Positions 17,870 through 31,107 of a stretch of DNA of 32,000 bases are shown here, one piece after another; position 1 is the stretch's first letter, and each line of letters starts with the position of its first letter. A model generated the notes under the pieces. That model worked only from the letters and a program-made list of their open reading frames with translations, had not been told where the DNA came from and ran no database searches. The DNA lies in assembly GCA_041942055.1 (NCBI GenBank), contig CP145874.1, forward strand, positions 180,001 to 212,000, written 5' to 3'. The DNA is from Candidatus Saccharimonadota bacterium (GTDB lineage Bacteria; Pseudomonadota; Gammaproteobacteria; Enterobacterales; Enterobacteriaceae). Made by a program: the position numbers and the translations under genes.

Positions 17870-18775
17870 TTATTTATCACGTTTAATAATATAGTTTGCT
17901 AATACTTTTAAAGAGTTAGTATTAAACGAACAGTCAGATAGAGTATTTAAAGCCTCAATAGCTTTTTCATATAATTTCCACGCTTCTCTACGAGTCTCTT
18001 CAATACCTAGTATTGATGGAAAGGTATTTTTTCTTAAACCTTTATCAGATCCTTGCCTTTTACCCATTACTTTAGTTTCACCTATAACATCCAAAATATC
18101 ATCTTGTAATTGAAATGCTAATCCTATATATTTAGCATAATTTTCTAAGGCTGAATAGACTGTAGTATTAATAATAGTAGAAGAGCACGTTAATGCTCCT
18201 AATTTAACGGCAGCGTTAATTAATGCTCCAGTTTTATGATGATGAATAATTTTTAATTTTTCAGTACTGATATTTTCTCCACTCGCTATCAAATCAAATG
18301 CTTGTCCACTACACATACCTGCTACACCACTAGCATTCGCAAGTTCTTTTATCATTGCTAACCTATTTTTCATTTCTACATCAGGCATAGGTGTTTCACT
18401 AAGAATTGAAAAAGCAAGAGTTTGTAATGCGTCACCTGCTAAAATCGCTATAGACTCCCCAAACTTTATATGACAAGTTGGTTTTCCACGACGTAATAAA
18501 GCATTATCCATTATTGGTAAATCATCATGAATTAAAGAATAAGCATGAATACATTCTACTGCCACTGCAGGAGGATCTAAACTAGCATTATTTGAATTGA
18601 ACATTTCACCAATACTATAAACTAAAAAAGGACGTAATCTTTTGCCATTAGAAAAAACTCCATATTTCATAGCCTTAACTAATTTACTATCTTGAAACGG
18701 TAATTTTTTCATAAAAAAATTTAATGCAACATTAACACGTTTTTGATATCCTTCCAGTAATTTATAAAAATTCAT
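17870..18775 (-). CDS. ispA: Farnesyl diphosphate synthase
   Basis: KRLRPFLVY, first Asp-rich motif [11 protein letters not shown], second Asp-rich motif FQLQDDILD, and GKRQGSD. Confidence 0.9.
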   Translation of the reverse strand: MNFYKLLEGYQKRVNVALNFFMKKLPFQDSKLVKAMKYGVFSNGKRLRPFLVYSIGEMFNSNNASLDPPAVAVECIHAYSLIHDDLPIMDNALLRRGKPTCHIKFGESIAILAGDALQTLAFSILSETPMPDVEMKNRLAMIKELANASGVAGMCSGQAFDLIASGENISTEKLKIIHHHKTGALINAAVKLGALTCSSTIINTTVYSALENYAKYIGLAFQLQDDILDVIGETKVMGKRQGSDKGLRKNTFPSILGIEETRREAWKLYEKAIEALNTLSDCSFNTNSLKVLANYIIKRDK

Positions 18776-18780
18776 TTTTT

Positions 18781-19044
18781 TTATTCACTATCCAAAGGAT
18801 TTTTATCCGATTTTACAAAAGAAGATAATTCATAATTATTTTCTGATTTTAGTAAAATTTGAATACGTTGCTCTGCTTGCTGTAATTTTTTCTTACTTAA
18901 TTGAGCCAAATATACTCCTTTTTCAAAAGCATTCAGAGCTTCTTCTAAAGATAATTCTCCATTTTCTAAATAGTTTACTATTTTTTCTAGTTCTTTTAAA
19001 GAAGATTCAAAATTAATTTTTGAATACTCATCATCTTTAAACAT
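18781..19044 (-). CDS. xseB: Exodeoxyribonuclease VII small subunit
   Basis: [30 protein letters not shown]....[12 protein letters not shown]. The ORF-track start at 19056 is TTG; ATG at 19044 is more likely. Confidence 0.85.
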   Translation of the reverse strand: MFKDDEYSKINFESSLKELEKIVNYLENGELSLEEALNAFEKGVYLAQLSKKKLQQAEQRIQILLKSENNYELSSFVKSDKNPLDSE

Positions 19045-19089
19045 AGTAATACTCAAAATAGTTATTTTATAATATATATTTATATCATA

Positions 19090-20499
19090 TTATTTTCCAA
19101 TACAAAATTTTGAAAATATTTTTTCTAATAAATCCTGTGAAGAAGAATCTCCAATTAAATTACTAAGAGCTTTTTGAGTTAAGCGTAATTCTTCGGCCAG
19201 TAACTCATAAGAATAACAATAATTTTTAAGAAATTCTTTTTTTCCTTGTTCTAAATGTAATATAGCTCGTGATAACGCTTGCAAATGACGTTGTCTTGCC
19301 ATAAAAGTACCTTCGTTAGTATTAAAAATTACGAGAGAGTTTTTTAAATGATCACATAATAATTCTATTCCTTGACCGGTTTTAGCAGAAATAGTAATAA
19401 TTACACGATCAGGTAATCGTATTAATTTAGATGAAGAGTATTTAGTCAAATCAATTACATTATTTATTATAGTTAATGGAACTGATTGAGGAATCTTATC
19501 AAAAAAATCTGGAAAGATAAGAGATAAATCTGCAGTAAGATCAAGTGATTCATTATTTGTTACTAACATTATATGATCAGCAATTTTTATTTCTTCTATA
19601 GCACGTTGTATACCAATTTTTTCTACGTAATTATTAGTTTTATGTAAACCGGCAGTGTCAATAATATGTAATGGTATACCTTCAATATTAATATACTCAT
19701 GTAACATATCTCTGGTAGTTCCAGCATAATCTGTAACTATCGCACTTGGTTTCCCCACTAGATTATTAAAAAGAGTTGACTTACCTACATTAGGAGCGCC
19801 AATAATTACTACTTTACGTCCTTCTCGTAATAATGTTCCTTGATAAGAAATCATATTTACATCATTAATTGATTTAATAATCTCATTAAGATTATTTTCA
19901 ATTTCATCTTTAGATAAATAATCTATATCATATTCATTAGGAAAATTAATAGCCGATTCTAAATAAATCTGCAAATTAGTTAGCTTATTTGCTAATAAGC
20001 TAATTTTATCCGAAAAGACACCTTGTAAAGAATTAAATGCTGAACGCGCTGCTTGTTCAGAAGTAGCATTTATTAAATCCGCAATGGCTTCAGCTTGCAC
20101 TAAATCAATTTTATTATTAAGAAATGCCCGTTCGGTAAATTCTCCAGGTTTAGCAATACGAACTTCAGGAATTTTCGAGATTATTTTTAATAGCATATCT
20201 ATGACTATAGGGCTTCCATGACTATGTAACTCTAATACATTTTCACCTGTAAAAGAATTAGGAGCAGGAAACCATAATGTAATTCCTTTATCAATAATAC
20301 GACCTTTTTCATCATAAAAAGATAAATAATGAGCATATCTGGGAGATGGTAATTGACCTAATACTTGTTGTGCGACTTTCATAGTATTATCACCAGAAAT
20401 ACGTATTACACTTATTCCTCCATAACCAGGAGGAGTAGCCTGAGCAACAATAGTATCTGAAGGATATTTTTTGATTTCACAATTCATGATAATTTTCAT
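19090..20499 (-). CDS. mnmE: tRNA modification GTPase MnmE (TrmE); alternative ATG at 20487
   Basis: DTIVAQATPPG.GGI.VIRISG, the G1 motif GAPNVGKST, DTAGL, and the C-terminal FCIGK motif. It sits downstream of yidC as in E. coli. Confidence 0.9.
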   Translation of the reverse strand: MKIIMNCEIKKYPSDTIVAQATPPGYGGISVIRISGDNTMKVAQQVLGQLPSPRYAHYLSFYDEKGRIIDKGITLWFPAPNSFTGENVLELHSHGSPIVIDMLLKIISKIPEVRIAKPGEFTERAFLNNKIDLVQAEAIADLINATSEQAARSAFNSLQGVFSDKISLLANKLTNLQIYLESAINFPNEYDIDYLSKDEIENNLNEIIKSINDVNMISYQGTLLREGRKVVIIGAPNVGKSTLFNNLVGKPSAIVTDYAGTTRDMLHEYINIEGIPLHIIDTAGLHKTNNYVEKIGIQRAIEEIKIADHIMLVTNNESLDLTADLSLIFPDFFDKIPQSVPLTIINNVIDLTKYSSSKLIRLPDRVIITISAKTGQGIELLCDHLKNSLVIFNTNEGTFMARQRHLQALSRAILHLEQGKKEFLKNYCYSYELLAEELRLTQKALSNLIGDSSSQDLLEKIFSKFCIGK

Positions 20500-20515
20500 T
20501 TAATGGATTTAACAA

Positions 20516-22153
20516 TTATTTATATAATCCTTGTTTTTTTAAATTATGATAAATTAATTGTTGTTGGATGATAGTCACTAAATTACTTACAATATAATAC
20601 AGAACTAAGCCAGATGGAAACCATAAGAAGAATAATGTAAATATTATTGGCATATATGCCATAATTTTATGTTGCATTGGATCCGTTATAGTAGCGGATG
20701 ATGGAGACATCTTTTGAATTATTAACATAGTAATTCCCATTATAATAGGTAGAACATAATATGGATCTTTAGCTGATAAATCATTAATCCATAATATAAA
20801 AGGAGCATGTCTTAACTCAACAGCATTAATTAACATATAGTAAAGAGCTAAAAAAATTGGCATTTGAATTATTAAGGAAAAACACCCTCCTAGAGGATTA
20901 ACCTTTTCTGATTTATATAAATTCATTATTTCCTGGCTCATTCTTTGTTTATTATTTCCTACACGATCACGAATTTCCTGTATTTTTGGTTGTAATGATC
21001 GCATTTTTACTACTGAAGTAAATTGTGCTTTTGTTAAAGGATACATAATTGTCCTAACTATAAGGGTAATTAATATTATAGAAAAACCCCAATTACCTAT
21101 TTTATTTTGTATCGCTTTTAGTAATTTAAACAAGGGTTGAGAAATAAACCACAACCATCCATAATCTACTGTAAGATCTAAATATGGTGCGGCTATAGCC
21201 ATCTTGTCCTGAATTTTAGGACCAATCCATAAGGTTGCGGACAGATTTTTAGTTTCTCCGGGATAGATCTTTATTGGAGTTGATTCATAACCAACTGAAA
21301 CTATTCCAGGTGTATCACTCTTAGTATAAAATCTATTGATACCGTTGCTATGAGGAATCCAAGCAGTTACAAAATAATGTTGTAACATTGCTATCCAACC
21401 ATTAAATGTACTAATTTTAAGATTATTATTATTATTAATTTTACTGAATTTATATTTTTTAAATTTATGGTACATAGTAGAATATGCTACACAACGGTGA
21501 TTTTCTGAATTTAAATAAGAATTTTTCTTATCATTAGTAGTAGGAGGAGGCATACTGCTGGTTGATTGTTTTAAACGTCCAAATATAGATACTTGCATGG
21601 GATATAAACTTGTATTAGTAATATAGTACTTTACATCAATAGAATATTGATTTCTTTTAAAAGAAAATATTTTGGTATAAATAAGACCATTATTATCCTT
21701 CCAATACAAAGGAATTTGTAAAGTATCTTGTGATTTTTTCATTATATATGTATCATTTTTTACATGATACAGAGGTGATTTTTCAATTTTTCTTGAAGAA
21801 TTATTTAAAACTAATAATCCACTTTGTGCTTGAGAAATAAAAGTAGGGGTGGTTTGAAGTAATTTAAAAGGGTGCTGAGTATTTAAGATTTCTGGATAAG
21901 ATAATAATTGAGCTTTAATAATATCTCCTCCATAAGTATTGATGCGTAAAGATAATACATCAGTTTTTACCGATATAAGTTTTCCTTTGGTTTTAAAAGG
22001 AAAATTTTGGTTTGGTACAAAAGTTTCGGTATTAATCTTATTTGATTTGGGTTGTAATTGTGTTGAATAATGATCATTCTGCCAAGTTTGCCATATTATA
22101 TAAGATACAAATATAAAACTAATTAATATTAGATTACGTTGTAAATCCATCAT
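20516..22153 (-). CDS. yidC: Membrane protein insertase YidC (ATG at 22153 or 22150)
   Basis: 545 aa with N-terminal MDLQRNLILISFIFVSYIIWQTW, a large periplasmic domain, and the conserved C-terminal core (DYGWLWFISQPLF, GFSIILIT..VR...YPLT..Q, PLGGC....IQMPIF.ALY). Confidence 0.9.
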   Translation of the reverse strand: MMDLQRNLILISFIFVSYIIWQTWQNDHYSTQLQPKSNKINTETFVPNQNFPFKTKGKLISVKTDVLSLRINTYGGDIIKAQLLSYPEILNTQHPFKLLQTTPTFISQAQSGLLVLNNSSRKIEKSPLYHVKNDTYIMKKSQDTLQIPLYWKDNNGLIYTKIFSFKRNQYSIDVKYYITNTSLYPMQVSIFGRLKQSTSSMPPPTTNDKKNSYLNSENHRCVAYSTMYHKFKKYKFSKINNNNNLKISTFNGWIAMLQHYFVTAWIPHSNGINRFYTKSDTPGIVSVGYESTPIKIYPGETKNLSATLWIGPKIQDKMAIAAPYLDLTVDYGWLWFISQPLFKLLKAIQNKIGNWGFSIILITLIVRTIMYPLTKAQFTSVVKMRSLQPKIQEIRDRVGNNKQRMSQEIMNLYKSEKVNPLGGCFSLIIQMPIFLALYYMLINAVELRHAPFILWINDLSAKDPYYVLPIIMGITMLIIQKMSPSSATITDPMQHKIMAYMPIIFTLFFLWFPSGLVLYYIVSNLVTIIQQQLIYHNLKKQGLYK

Positions 22154-22162
22154 TAATCTTCT

Positions 22163-22432
22163 CTAGTAGTTATTATTTTTTATTTGGTACTGGTGGATCA
22201 TATCAAAGCTGCTGAAATTTAAAGGATGACATTGATGAACTATGCATTTGATAGTTAAAACATTTCTTTGTATGAGACCAAATGTACTGATAGCTACTAG
22301 AATACTACTATACTGAGAGCAAGTAGGTCTAAAACGACATCGTGGACTTATAAACACACTAAGAAAAATTTTTGGATAACTGTAAATAATAGTGATTAAG
22401 GATTTTTTGACGCTAAAAGATAATAATTCCAT
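22163..22432 (-). CDS. yidD: Membrane protein insertion efficiency factor YidD
   Basis: 89 aa with ISPRCRFRPTCSQY and a CHPL motif, matching E. coli YidD (LGPHCRFTPTCSSY...CHPL). It lies between rnpA and yidC and overlaps the rnpA 3' end by 37 nt. The rest of the protein is quite diverged. Confidence 0.7.
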   Translation of the reverse strand: MELLSFSVKKSLITIIYSYPKIFLSVFISPRCRFRPTCSQYSSILVAISTFGLIQRNVLTIKCIVHQCHPLNFSSFDMIHQYQIKNNNY

Positions 22433-22773
22433 AATTGTTGAATTTTTTCCATTATGATTTTATTTTTCATTAAAGATATGGTTTTTTTGATTATTATAAT
22501 GAAATCCATTGATGGTAATTTATTTTGAGTTAAACGAAAACTTTCACGAATTAATCTTTTTATCCTATTGCGTTGATACGAATATTTAACATTATGTTTA
22601 CTAATAATAAATCCAAGACGAGCATATTTATAACAATTAGGATAATATAACATAATAATATGTGATTTATTTATCTTTATAGATTGTCGCAGAACTAAGT
22701 GAAATTCTTTTGACTTTAACAAACGTAATTTTCTTGGAAAATGATAAGAATTCACTATTCTAATTGAATCCAA
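22396..22773 (-). CDS. rnpA: RNase P protein component (start TTG at 22773, or GTG at 22755 as in E. coli)
   Basis: FPRKLRLLKSKEF, RLGFIISKHNVK.S..RNRIKRLIRESFRL (RNR motif), and LPSMDFIII.KK. Confidence 0.85.
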   Translation of the reverse strand: MDSIRIVNSYHFPRKLRLLKSKEFHLVLRQSIKINKSHIIMLYYPNCYKYARLGFIISKHNVKYSYQRNRIKRLIRESFRLTQNKLPSMDFIIIIKKTISLMKNKIIMEKIQQLWNYYLLASKNP

Positions 22774-22774
22774 A

Positions 22775-22915
22775 TCAATTGGATACAGTTAGACGAGTAC
22801 GTCCTTTAGCACGTCTTCGTGCCAAAATATGACGACCATTTTTAGTTTTCATTCTACTTCTAAATCCGTGAGAACGATTTCGTTTTAGTACAGATGGTTG
22901 AAAAGTACGTTTCAT
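22775..22915 (-). CDS. rpmH: 50S ribosomal protein L34
   Basis: Not in the ORF track (46 aa). The reverse complement translates to [46 protein letters not shown] followed by TGA, nearly identical to E. coli L34. Confidence 0.92.
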   Translation of the reverse strand: MKRTFQPSVLKRNRSHGFRSRMKTKNGRHILARRRAKGRTRLTVSN

Positions 22916-23085
22916 TATAGATATAATAACCATATTTGATAAAAAATTATAATGACTATTCTAACAATTATTAGAATTGTAGTCAATTTGGTTAATTAGG
23001 TTTTAAAAAGGTATTTATCTATTATAAAATAAGTATATTATTTATTTTCAATAGACATTATTATTTATAACTCATTACCATTCAC

Positions 23086-24186
23086 ATGCAATTCATTATT
23101 CAACGCGAAATTTTATTTAAAAAATTAAAAAAGATAAGTAGAATTATTAGCAAGAAGCCCCTGTTACCTATTGTCAATAATGTTCTTATGAAAATCACTT
23201 ACAATAAATTATTGTTAACTGTAACCAATTTGGAAATGGAAATTTCTACAGATATTATTTTAACCGAACAACATACAACTGGATGTAGCACGGTTTCAGC
23301 TAAAAAGCTATTAGATATTTGTCAATATTTACCAGAAAAAGCTAATATAAATATTTCCTTAATAAAGAGTAGAATTATTATATATTCAGGACACAGTAAA
23401 TTTTATCTTTCTACATTACCAGTAAGTAGTTTTCCAAATTTAGAGAACTGGAAAAACCCGAGAGAATTTTCTATCCCAGCTAATGTAATGAAACATCTTC
23501 TGGAAGCTACTCATTTTTCTATGTCATATCAAGATGTTAGGTATTATCTAAATGGTTTATTATTGGAGACTCAAGAAAATTTATTATCTTGTGTAGCTAC
23601 AGATGGACACCGAATAGCAATTTGTAGAATGGAAATAATTGAAATGATACCTACCTATTCAGTTATTTTACCACGTAAATATATTATAGAATTATTACGT
23701 TTCCTGAAAGAAGAGGATTCTTTACTTAAAATCCAAATTGGAAATAATAATATTCGAATACATTTAAAGGATTATATTTTTACTTCAAGGTTAATTGATG
23801 GAAAATTTCCAAATTATAGCCACGTATTACATAAAACTTATGATAAAATTATCATCATGAATCGTGAAATCTTAAAACAATCTTTTTCAAGGATGTCCAT
23901 TTTATGTAACCCTAAATTAAATGAAGTTCATCTTCATATTAAAAAACATGAGTTAAAAATCACTACTAGTAATTTATCCCATGAAGAAGCTGAAGAAATA
24001 TTGCCCATTTCTTATGAAGGTGCTGATATACAGATCAATTTGAATGTCAATTATATACTTGAAGTTTTATATGTTTTAAAATGTGATACAATCAAATTGT
24101 CACTGTTAAACTCAATATCTAGTATTCAAATTAATGACATTGCCAGTGATTCTGCTGTTTATGTAATAATGCCCATTAAGTTCTAA
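23086..24186 (+). CDS. dnaN: DNA polymerase III beta sliding clamp
   Basis: 366 aa, colinear with E. coli DnaN end to end (LEMEIS, STLP.SSFPNLE.W, FSMS.QDVRYYLNG.L.ET, VATDGHR.A.C, RLIDGKFPNY, EEAEEIL...Y.GA...I..NV.Y.LEVL..LKC, VYVIMP). Confidence 0.95.
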   Translation: MQFIIQREILFKKLKKISRIISKKPLLPIVNNVLMKITYNKLLLTVTNLEMEISTDIILTEQHTTGCSTVSAKKLLDICQYLPEKANINISLIKSRIIIYSGHSKFYLSTLPVSSFPNLENWKNPREFSIPANVMKHLLEATHFSMSYQDVRYYLNGLLLETQENLLSCVATDGHRIAICRMEIIEMIPTYSVILPRKYIIELLRFLKEEDSLLKIQIGNNNIRIHLKDYIFTSRLIDGKFPNYSHVLHKTYDKIIIMNREILKQSFSRMSILCNPKLNEVHLHIKKHELKITTSNLSHEEAEEILPISYEGADIQINLNVNYILEVLYVLKCDTIKLSLLNSISSIQINDIASDSAVYVIMPIKF

Positions 24187-24204
24187 TTAAGATTTAGATC
24201 TTAA

Positions 24205-26649
<2,445 letters not shown>

Positions 26650-26655
26650 ATAATA

Positions 26656-28164
26656 TTATTTTGGATTTCGTAAGATTGGAAAGAAAATTACATCACGAAT
26701 ATTAGTATTGTTAGTAAGTATCATTATTAAACGATCAATACCAATTCCTAATCCTGCTGTTGGTGGTAAACCATGTTCTAACGCAATTAAATAATCTGCA
26801 TCATATTCATGATGATAGATATTTTCATCTTGATAATCATGTTGTTGTAAAAATCGTTTACTTTGTTCCTCTGCATCATTTAATTCTGAAAAACCATTTC
26901 CTATTTCATAACCATTAATAAATAATTCAAATCTATCTGCAATAAAAGGATTAATTTCATTACGGCGTGCTAATGGTGATATTTCTATAGGATATTCTGT
27001 AATAAAAGTTGGATAGATCAAGTGATCTTCAACTTTTTTTTCAAATATTTCATTTAGAATACGTCCATGTCCCCAATGATTTTCAATTTTAACCCCTAAT
27101 GACTTGGCATAAGAAATAGTTTGATTAGGATCTTCTAAATCCTGAATATCAATACTAAATTCAGATATATATTTACAAATAGCTTCTTTCATAGTCATTT
27201 TTAAAAATGGTTTGTGAAAATCAAAAGTATATTCTCCATATTTAACAAATGGAGAGTTGAAAAGATCTATTATTAAACTATTTAATAGTTTTTCTGTAAA
27301 AACCATTAGATCTTTATAATCAGCATATGCTATATATAATTCCATCATAGTGAATTCAGGATTATGTTGTGGCGATAATCCTTCATTTCTAAAATTTCTA
27401 TTAATTTCGAATATTTTTTCAAAACCACCTACTACTAAACGTTTAAGATAAAGTTCAGGAGCTATACGTAAATATAAATTTAAATTTAATGCATTGTGAT
27501 GTGTAATAAAAGGTTTAGCATTTCCACCTCCTGGTATAGGTTGCATCATCGGAGTTTCTACTTCTAAAAAATTTTGTTCGATCATGAACTTACGAATTTT
27601 TGATATCACTTGAGAACGTAAGATAAAAGTATTACGTGATTGATTATTAACAATTAAATCTAAATATCGTTGACGATAACGTATTTCTTTATCTACAAGT
27701 TTATGAAATTTTTCTGGTAATGGACGGAGTGCTTTAGTTAATAAACGAAGTTCACTACAATATAAGGTAAGTTCATTGGTTTTAGTTTTAAATAATTTCC
27801 CATGCACACCAATAATATCTCCTAAGTCAAATTTTTTAAAATGACACTTTTTTATATTATTGGCATACAATTGAATTGTACCTCCTATGTCTTGTAAAGT
27901 TATGAAAACTGATTTACCCATAATACGACGGGCTAGTATACGACCTGCGACCCTAATAATCTTATTTAATTTTTCTAATTCATTATTATTTTTATCATCA
28001 AATTTTACATGTAATTGATTAGAAGTATAATTTCTTCTAAAATCATCTGGATATGCAATTCCATGTTGACGTAATTCAGTTAATTTGTTTTGTCTGATTT
28101 CACGTTCGTTTTTCATCTTTGTAAAGAGATTATTTTCTATATCGAAAGAATTTGATCTAGACAT
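26656..28164 (-). CDS. lysS: Lysyl-tRNA synthetase (class II)
   Basis: 502 aa, colinear with E. coli LysS ([115 protein letters not shown]). It sits downstream of prfB as in E. coli. Confidence 0.95.
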   Translation of the reverse strand: MSRSNSFDIENNLFTKMKNEREIRQNKLTELRQHGIAYPDDFRRNYTSNQLHVKFDDKNNNELEKLNKIIRVAGRILARRIMGKSVFITLQDIGGTIQLYANNIKKCHFKKFDLGDIIGVHGKLFKTKTNELTLYCSELRLLTKALRPLPEKFHKLVDKEIRYRQRYLDLIVNNQSRNTFILRSQVISKIRKFMIEQNFLEVETPMMQPIPGGGNAKPFITHHNALNLNLYLRIAPELYLKRLVVGGFEKIFEINRNFRNEGLSPQHNPEFTMMELYIAYADYKDLMVFTEKLLNSLIIDLFNSPFVKYGEYTFDFHKPFLKMTMKEAICKYISEFSIDIQDLEDPNQTISYAKSLGVKIENHWGHGRILNEIFEKKVEDHLIYPTFITEYPIEISPLARRNEINPFIADRFELFINGYEIGNGFSELNDAEEQSKRFLQQHDYQDENIYHHEYDADYLIALEHGLPPTAGLGIGIDRLIMILTNNTNIRDVIFFPILRNPK

Positions 28165-28178
28165 TCTTAATCCTTATT

Positions 28179-29273
28179 TTAAAATCCTGCATTTAAACTT
28201 GCCTTAATAAATATATCTAACTTACCATTTAAAATATCCTGTATATCATGGCTTTCTACTCCAGTACGTAAATCTTTAATGCGTGAATTATCAAGTATAT
28301 AAGAACGTATTTGTCTTCCCCATCCAATATCGGATTTATTTTCTTCAATCTCTTTTTTTTCAGTATTTTTCTTTTTTATTGCAAGTTCATATAATTTGGC
28401 TTTCATTTGTTTTAATGCTTGATCTTTATTTCGATGTTGTGAACGTCCATTTTGACATTGAGTAACAACTCCAGTAGGCAAATGAGTAATGCGTACTGCA
28501 GATTCGGTACGATTAACATGCTGTCCACCTGCTCCAGATGCCCGATAAACGTCAATTCTTAAATCACTCGTATTAATGTTAATTTGAATGTTATCCTGTA
28601 CTTCAGGATATACAAAAACTGAACTAAACGAAGTATGTCTTTTTCCGGTAGAATCAAATGGACTTTTACGTACTAGACGATGAATTCCAGTTTCAGTTCG
28701 TAACCAACCAAAAGCATACTTACCTAAAACTCGTACAGTACATGATTTAATTCCAGCTATATCTCCTAGAGATTCAGAAATTATTTCGGTTGTAAATCCT
28801 TTATTTTCAGCCCATCTTAAATACATACGCATTAATATGTTGGCCCAATCTTGAGCTTCTATTCCTCCTGAACCTGCTTGAATATCAATATAACAATTAG
28901 CATAATCGTTTGGTTTACAAAACATATTGTTAAATTCTAATTGTACTATTTTTTCTTCTATTATATTCATCTCACAGATAATGTCCTTTAAGATATCATC
29001 ATCTTTATCTTCTACAATATCTAGCAAATTAGACAGATTGATTATTTCAAGATTTAATTCATCTAAATTCAATATTAGATTTTCTATAACAGCACGTTCT
29101 TTAGTTAAAGATTGTGCATAGTTAATATTTTTCCAGATCGAGGTGGTTTCTAATGCTTTATTTATATTGATCAACTTTATTTTATAATAATTATAGTTTT
29201 TATTTTTCTTTAGGAGATTAACTCTGGTTATTAGATGGTTAATTCTATCTTTAAAAAAATGAAGATCTAACAT
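28179..29273 (-). CDS. prfB: Peptide chain release factor 2, encoded in one continuous frame
   Basis: 364 aa with [18 protein letters not shown], the SPF motif (RKSPFDS), the GGQ motif ([25 protein letters not shown]), and [17 protein letters not shown]. There is no in-frame TGA near codon 26. Confidence 0.95.
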   Translation of the reverse strand: MLDLHFFKDRINHLITRVNLLKKNKNYNYYKIKLININKALETTSIWKNINYAQSLTKERAVIENLILNLDELNLEIINLSNLLDIVEDKDDDILKDIICEMNIIEEKIVQLEFNNMFCKPNDYANCYIDIQAGSGGIEAQDWANILMRMYLRWAENKGFTTEIISESLGDIAGIKSCTVRVLGKYAFGWLRTETGIHRLVRKSPFDSTGKRHTSFSSVFVYPEVQDNIQININTSDLRIDVYRASGAGGQHVNRTESAVRITHLPTGVVTQCQNGRSQHRNKDQALKQMKAKLYELAIKKKNTEKKEIEENKSDIGWGRQIRSYILDNSRIKDLRTGVESHDIQDILNGKLDIFIKASLNAGF

Positions 29274-29429
29274 AAGAGATAAATTGTATATATTTAATAT
29301 AAGATAAGTTACAAATAACTATAAAATTATTTCCTTAATAAAACAATCTTTCATGATCATAAAAATCTGAGAAATTATCAATCATTGAAGTTATAATCTA
29401 TACTTTAAAAAAAAAGGATCAATTTACTT

Positions 29430-30404
29430 ATGAATGAGTTAGTTTTTCCTTCTGTCGCTCCACTTGAATCAGACTTATTACCTTTAACACTAATTTCATT
29501 AGAAGAATGGTGTATGGTAAAAATGACAGGCGCTGATACTTTTAGTTATATTCAACAACAAATAACCTTTGATATAACTAAATTAAAATTAAACCAACAT
29601 TGTCAAACAGCTCATTGTAATGCTAAAGGTAAAATGTGGAGTAATTTAATTTTATTCCATTATCATGGAGGTTTAGCCTGGATAATACGACGATCTATAC
29701 AATTAATACAAATTGAGGCCTTAAAAAAATATGCAATTTTTTCCAAGATAATTATATCTACTAATAGTGAAATTTTAATAGGTATAGCTGGATATCAAGC
29801 ACGTGCAGTATTATCAAATTTTTTAAAAGTTCCTTCTAGAGAATGTCCTGTTATACATTCTAAAAATATGGTTGTATTATGGTTAAATCATCCCTCAGAA
29901 CGTTTTATTATTATAAGTAATATAAGGATTATAAAAGAATTACAAGCACAATTATCTAAATATTGCAAAATCAATAATAGTAGACAATGGATGTCATTAG
30001 ATATAGAAGCTGGAAATCCTATTATTGATGAAATGAATTGTTGTAAATTTCTTCCCCAAGCTGCTAATATGGATCTTATTGGAGCTATCAATTTTAATAA
30101 AGGATGTTATTTAGGACAAGAAATAATATCATGTGCTAAATTTCGTGGAATTAATAAATATGCTCTTTATTGGTTAATCGGAAAATTAAATAAAATTCCT
30201 AATACTACATGTATAAATATCATCCAATTAAATAGTAATAAAAATTATACATATTCCGCTCATATACTAGCTATTTGTCGTATGAGAAATAATGAGATTT
30301 GGATCCAAGCAATTATAAGCAAAGAGCTTTCATATCAGAGCAAATTTCGTATGGTTGGTGATGATGAAAGTGAATTGTATATTCGTCCAATATCTTATGA
30401 ATAA
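29430..30404 (+). CDS. ygfZ: Folate-binding tRNA-modification / Fe-S cluster repair protein YgfZ
   Basis: 324 aa with the signature FNKGCYLGQEIISCAKFRG..K near the C-terminal third, plus an N-terminal GcvT-like fold region. AAGGA lies 12 nt upstream of the ATG. Confidence 0.85.
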   Translation: MNELVFPSVAPLESDLLPLTLISLEEWCMVKMTGADTFSYIQQQITFDITKLKLNQHCQTAHCNAKGKMWSNLILFHYHGGLAWIIRRSIQLIQIEALKKYAIFSKIIISTNSEILIGIAGYQARAVLSNFLKVPSRECPVIHSKNMVVLWLNHPSERFIIISNIRIIKELQAQLSKYCKINNSRQWMSLDIEAGNPIIDEMNCCKFLPQAANMDLIGAINFNKGCYLGQEIISCAKFRGINKYALYWLIGKLNKIPNTTCINIIQLNSNKNYTYSAHILAICRMRNNEIWIQAIISKELSYQSKFRMVGDDESELYIRPISYE

Positions 30405-30428
30405 GAGGATTATTATTTTAATTTATAA

Positions 30429-31094
30429 TTATGGTTTTTTTAAGGTTGTAATACCGGAATTAGTTGCAATTAAAGCTATATCTGCACTACGAATAGTAAA
30501 TAATCCTACAGTTACTACCCCTACAATCATACTAAGTTTTTTTTCTATTTCGATGGGTTCAATTATAGATGTATGATATATATCAATAATCACATTACCA
30601 TTTTCTGTTATTACACCACTTCTATATTTTGGTAAAGCACCAAATTTTACTATTTGACGAGCAACGTATGCTCTTGCCATAGGTATGACTTCTAATGGTA
30701 TAGGAGAATTTTTACCTAATACTCTTACATATTTTGATTCATCAGCAATACAAATAAAATACTTTGACATTGCAGCAATCACTTTTTCTTGCGTTAGAGC
30801 ACCTCCTTTTCCTTTAATCATTTGTAATTGATCATTAATTTCATCTGCACTATCTATATATAAAGATAATGAGTCTATATGGTTAGAATTAATCACTGGA
30901 ATTCCACATCTTTTTAATTTTAACGAGGTCTCTTGTGAGCTAGATACTGCTCCGATTATTTTAGATTTAATGGTTTCTAAAACCTCAATAAAATTATTTA
31001 CAGTAGTTCCAGATCCTACGCCAATAATTGTATCATGCTCTATATATTGTAGAGCGGCTCTCGCAGCATGTTTTTTTAAGTCCTCATTATTCAT
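30429..31094 (-). CDS. rpiA: Ribose-5-phosphate isomerase A
   Basis: 221 aa with LKK.AA.AALQY., IIGVGSGTT, GAVSSS, YIDSADEI, MIKGKGGALTQEK, FICIADESK, PLEVIPMAR, and VITENGNVIID. Confidence 0.95.
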   Translation of the reverse strand: MNNEDLKKHAARAALQYIEHDTIIGVGSGTTVNNFIEVLETIKSKIIGAVSSSQETSLKLKRCGIPVINSNHIDSLSLYIDSADEINDQLQMIKGKGGALTQEKVIAAMSKYFICIADESKYVRVLGKNSPIPLEVIPMARAYVARQIVKFGALPKYRSGVITENGNVIIDIYHTSIIEPIEIEKKLSMIVGVVTVGLFTIRSADIALIATNSGITTLKKP

Positions 31095-31107
31095 AAAATA
31101 TCCAAGG

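Noticed and set aside
22916-23085. Searched the rpmH-dnaN spacer for DnaA boxes, an oriC-like 13-mer array or a dnaA relic
   Set aside because: The best DnaA-box match is 6/9 (23015..23023). There are no repeated AT-rich 13-mers beyond background and no ORF fragment, so nothing supports calling an origin or a pseudogene here.
28283-28465. 60-aa plus-strand ORF inside prfB; a 64-aa one lies at 28927..29121
   Set aside because: Both are antisense shadows of prfB with low-complexity Phe/Ile/Ser-rich products.
29888-30091. 67-aa minus-strand ORF inside ygfZ
   Set aside because: It is antisense to ygfZ, with no motifs or ribosome-binding site.
30355-30576. 73-aa plus-strand ORF spanning the ygfZ 3' end and the rpiA 3' end
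   Set aside because: It overlaps two well-supported genes, out of frame with ygfZ and antisense to rpiA. Its hydrophobic product comes from the AT-rich antisense sequence.
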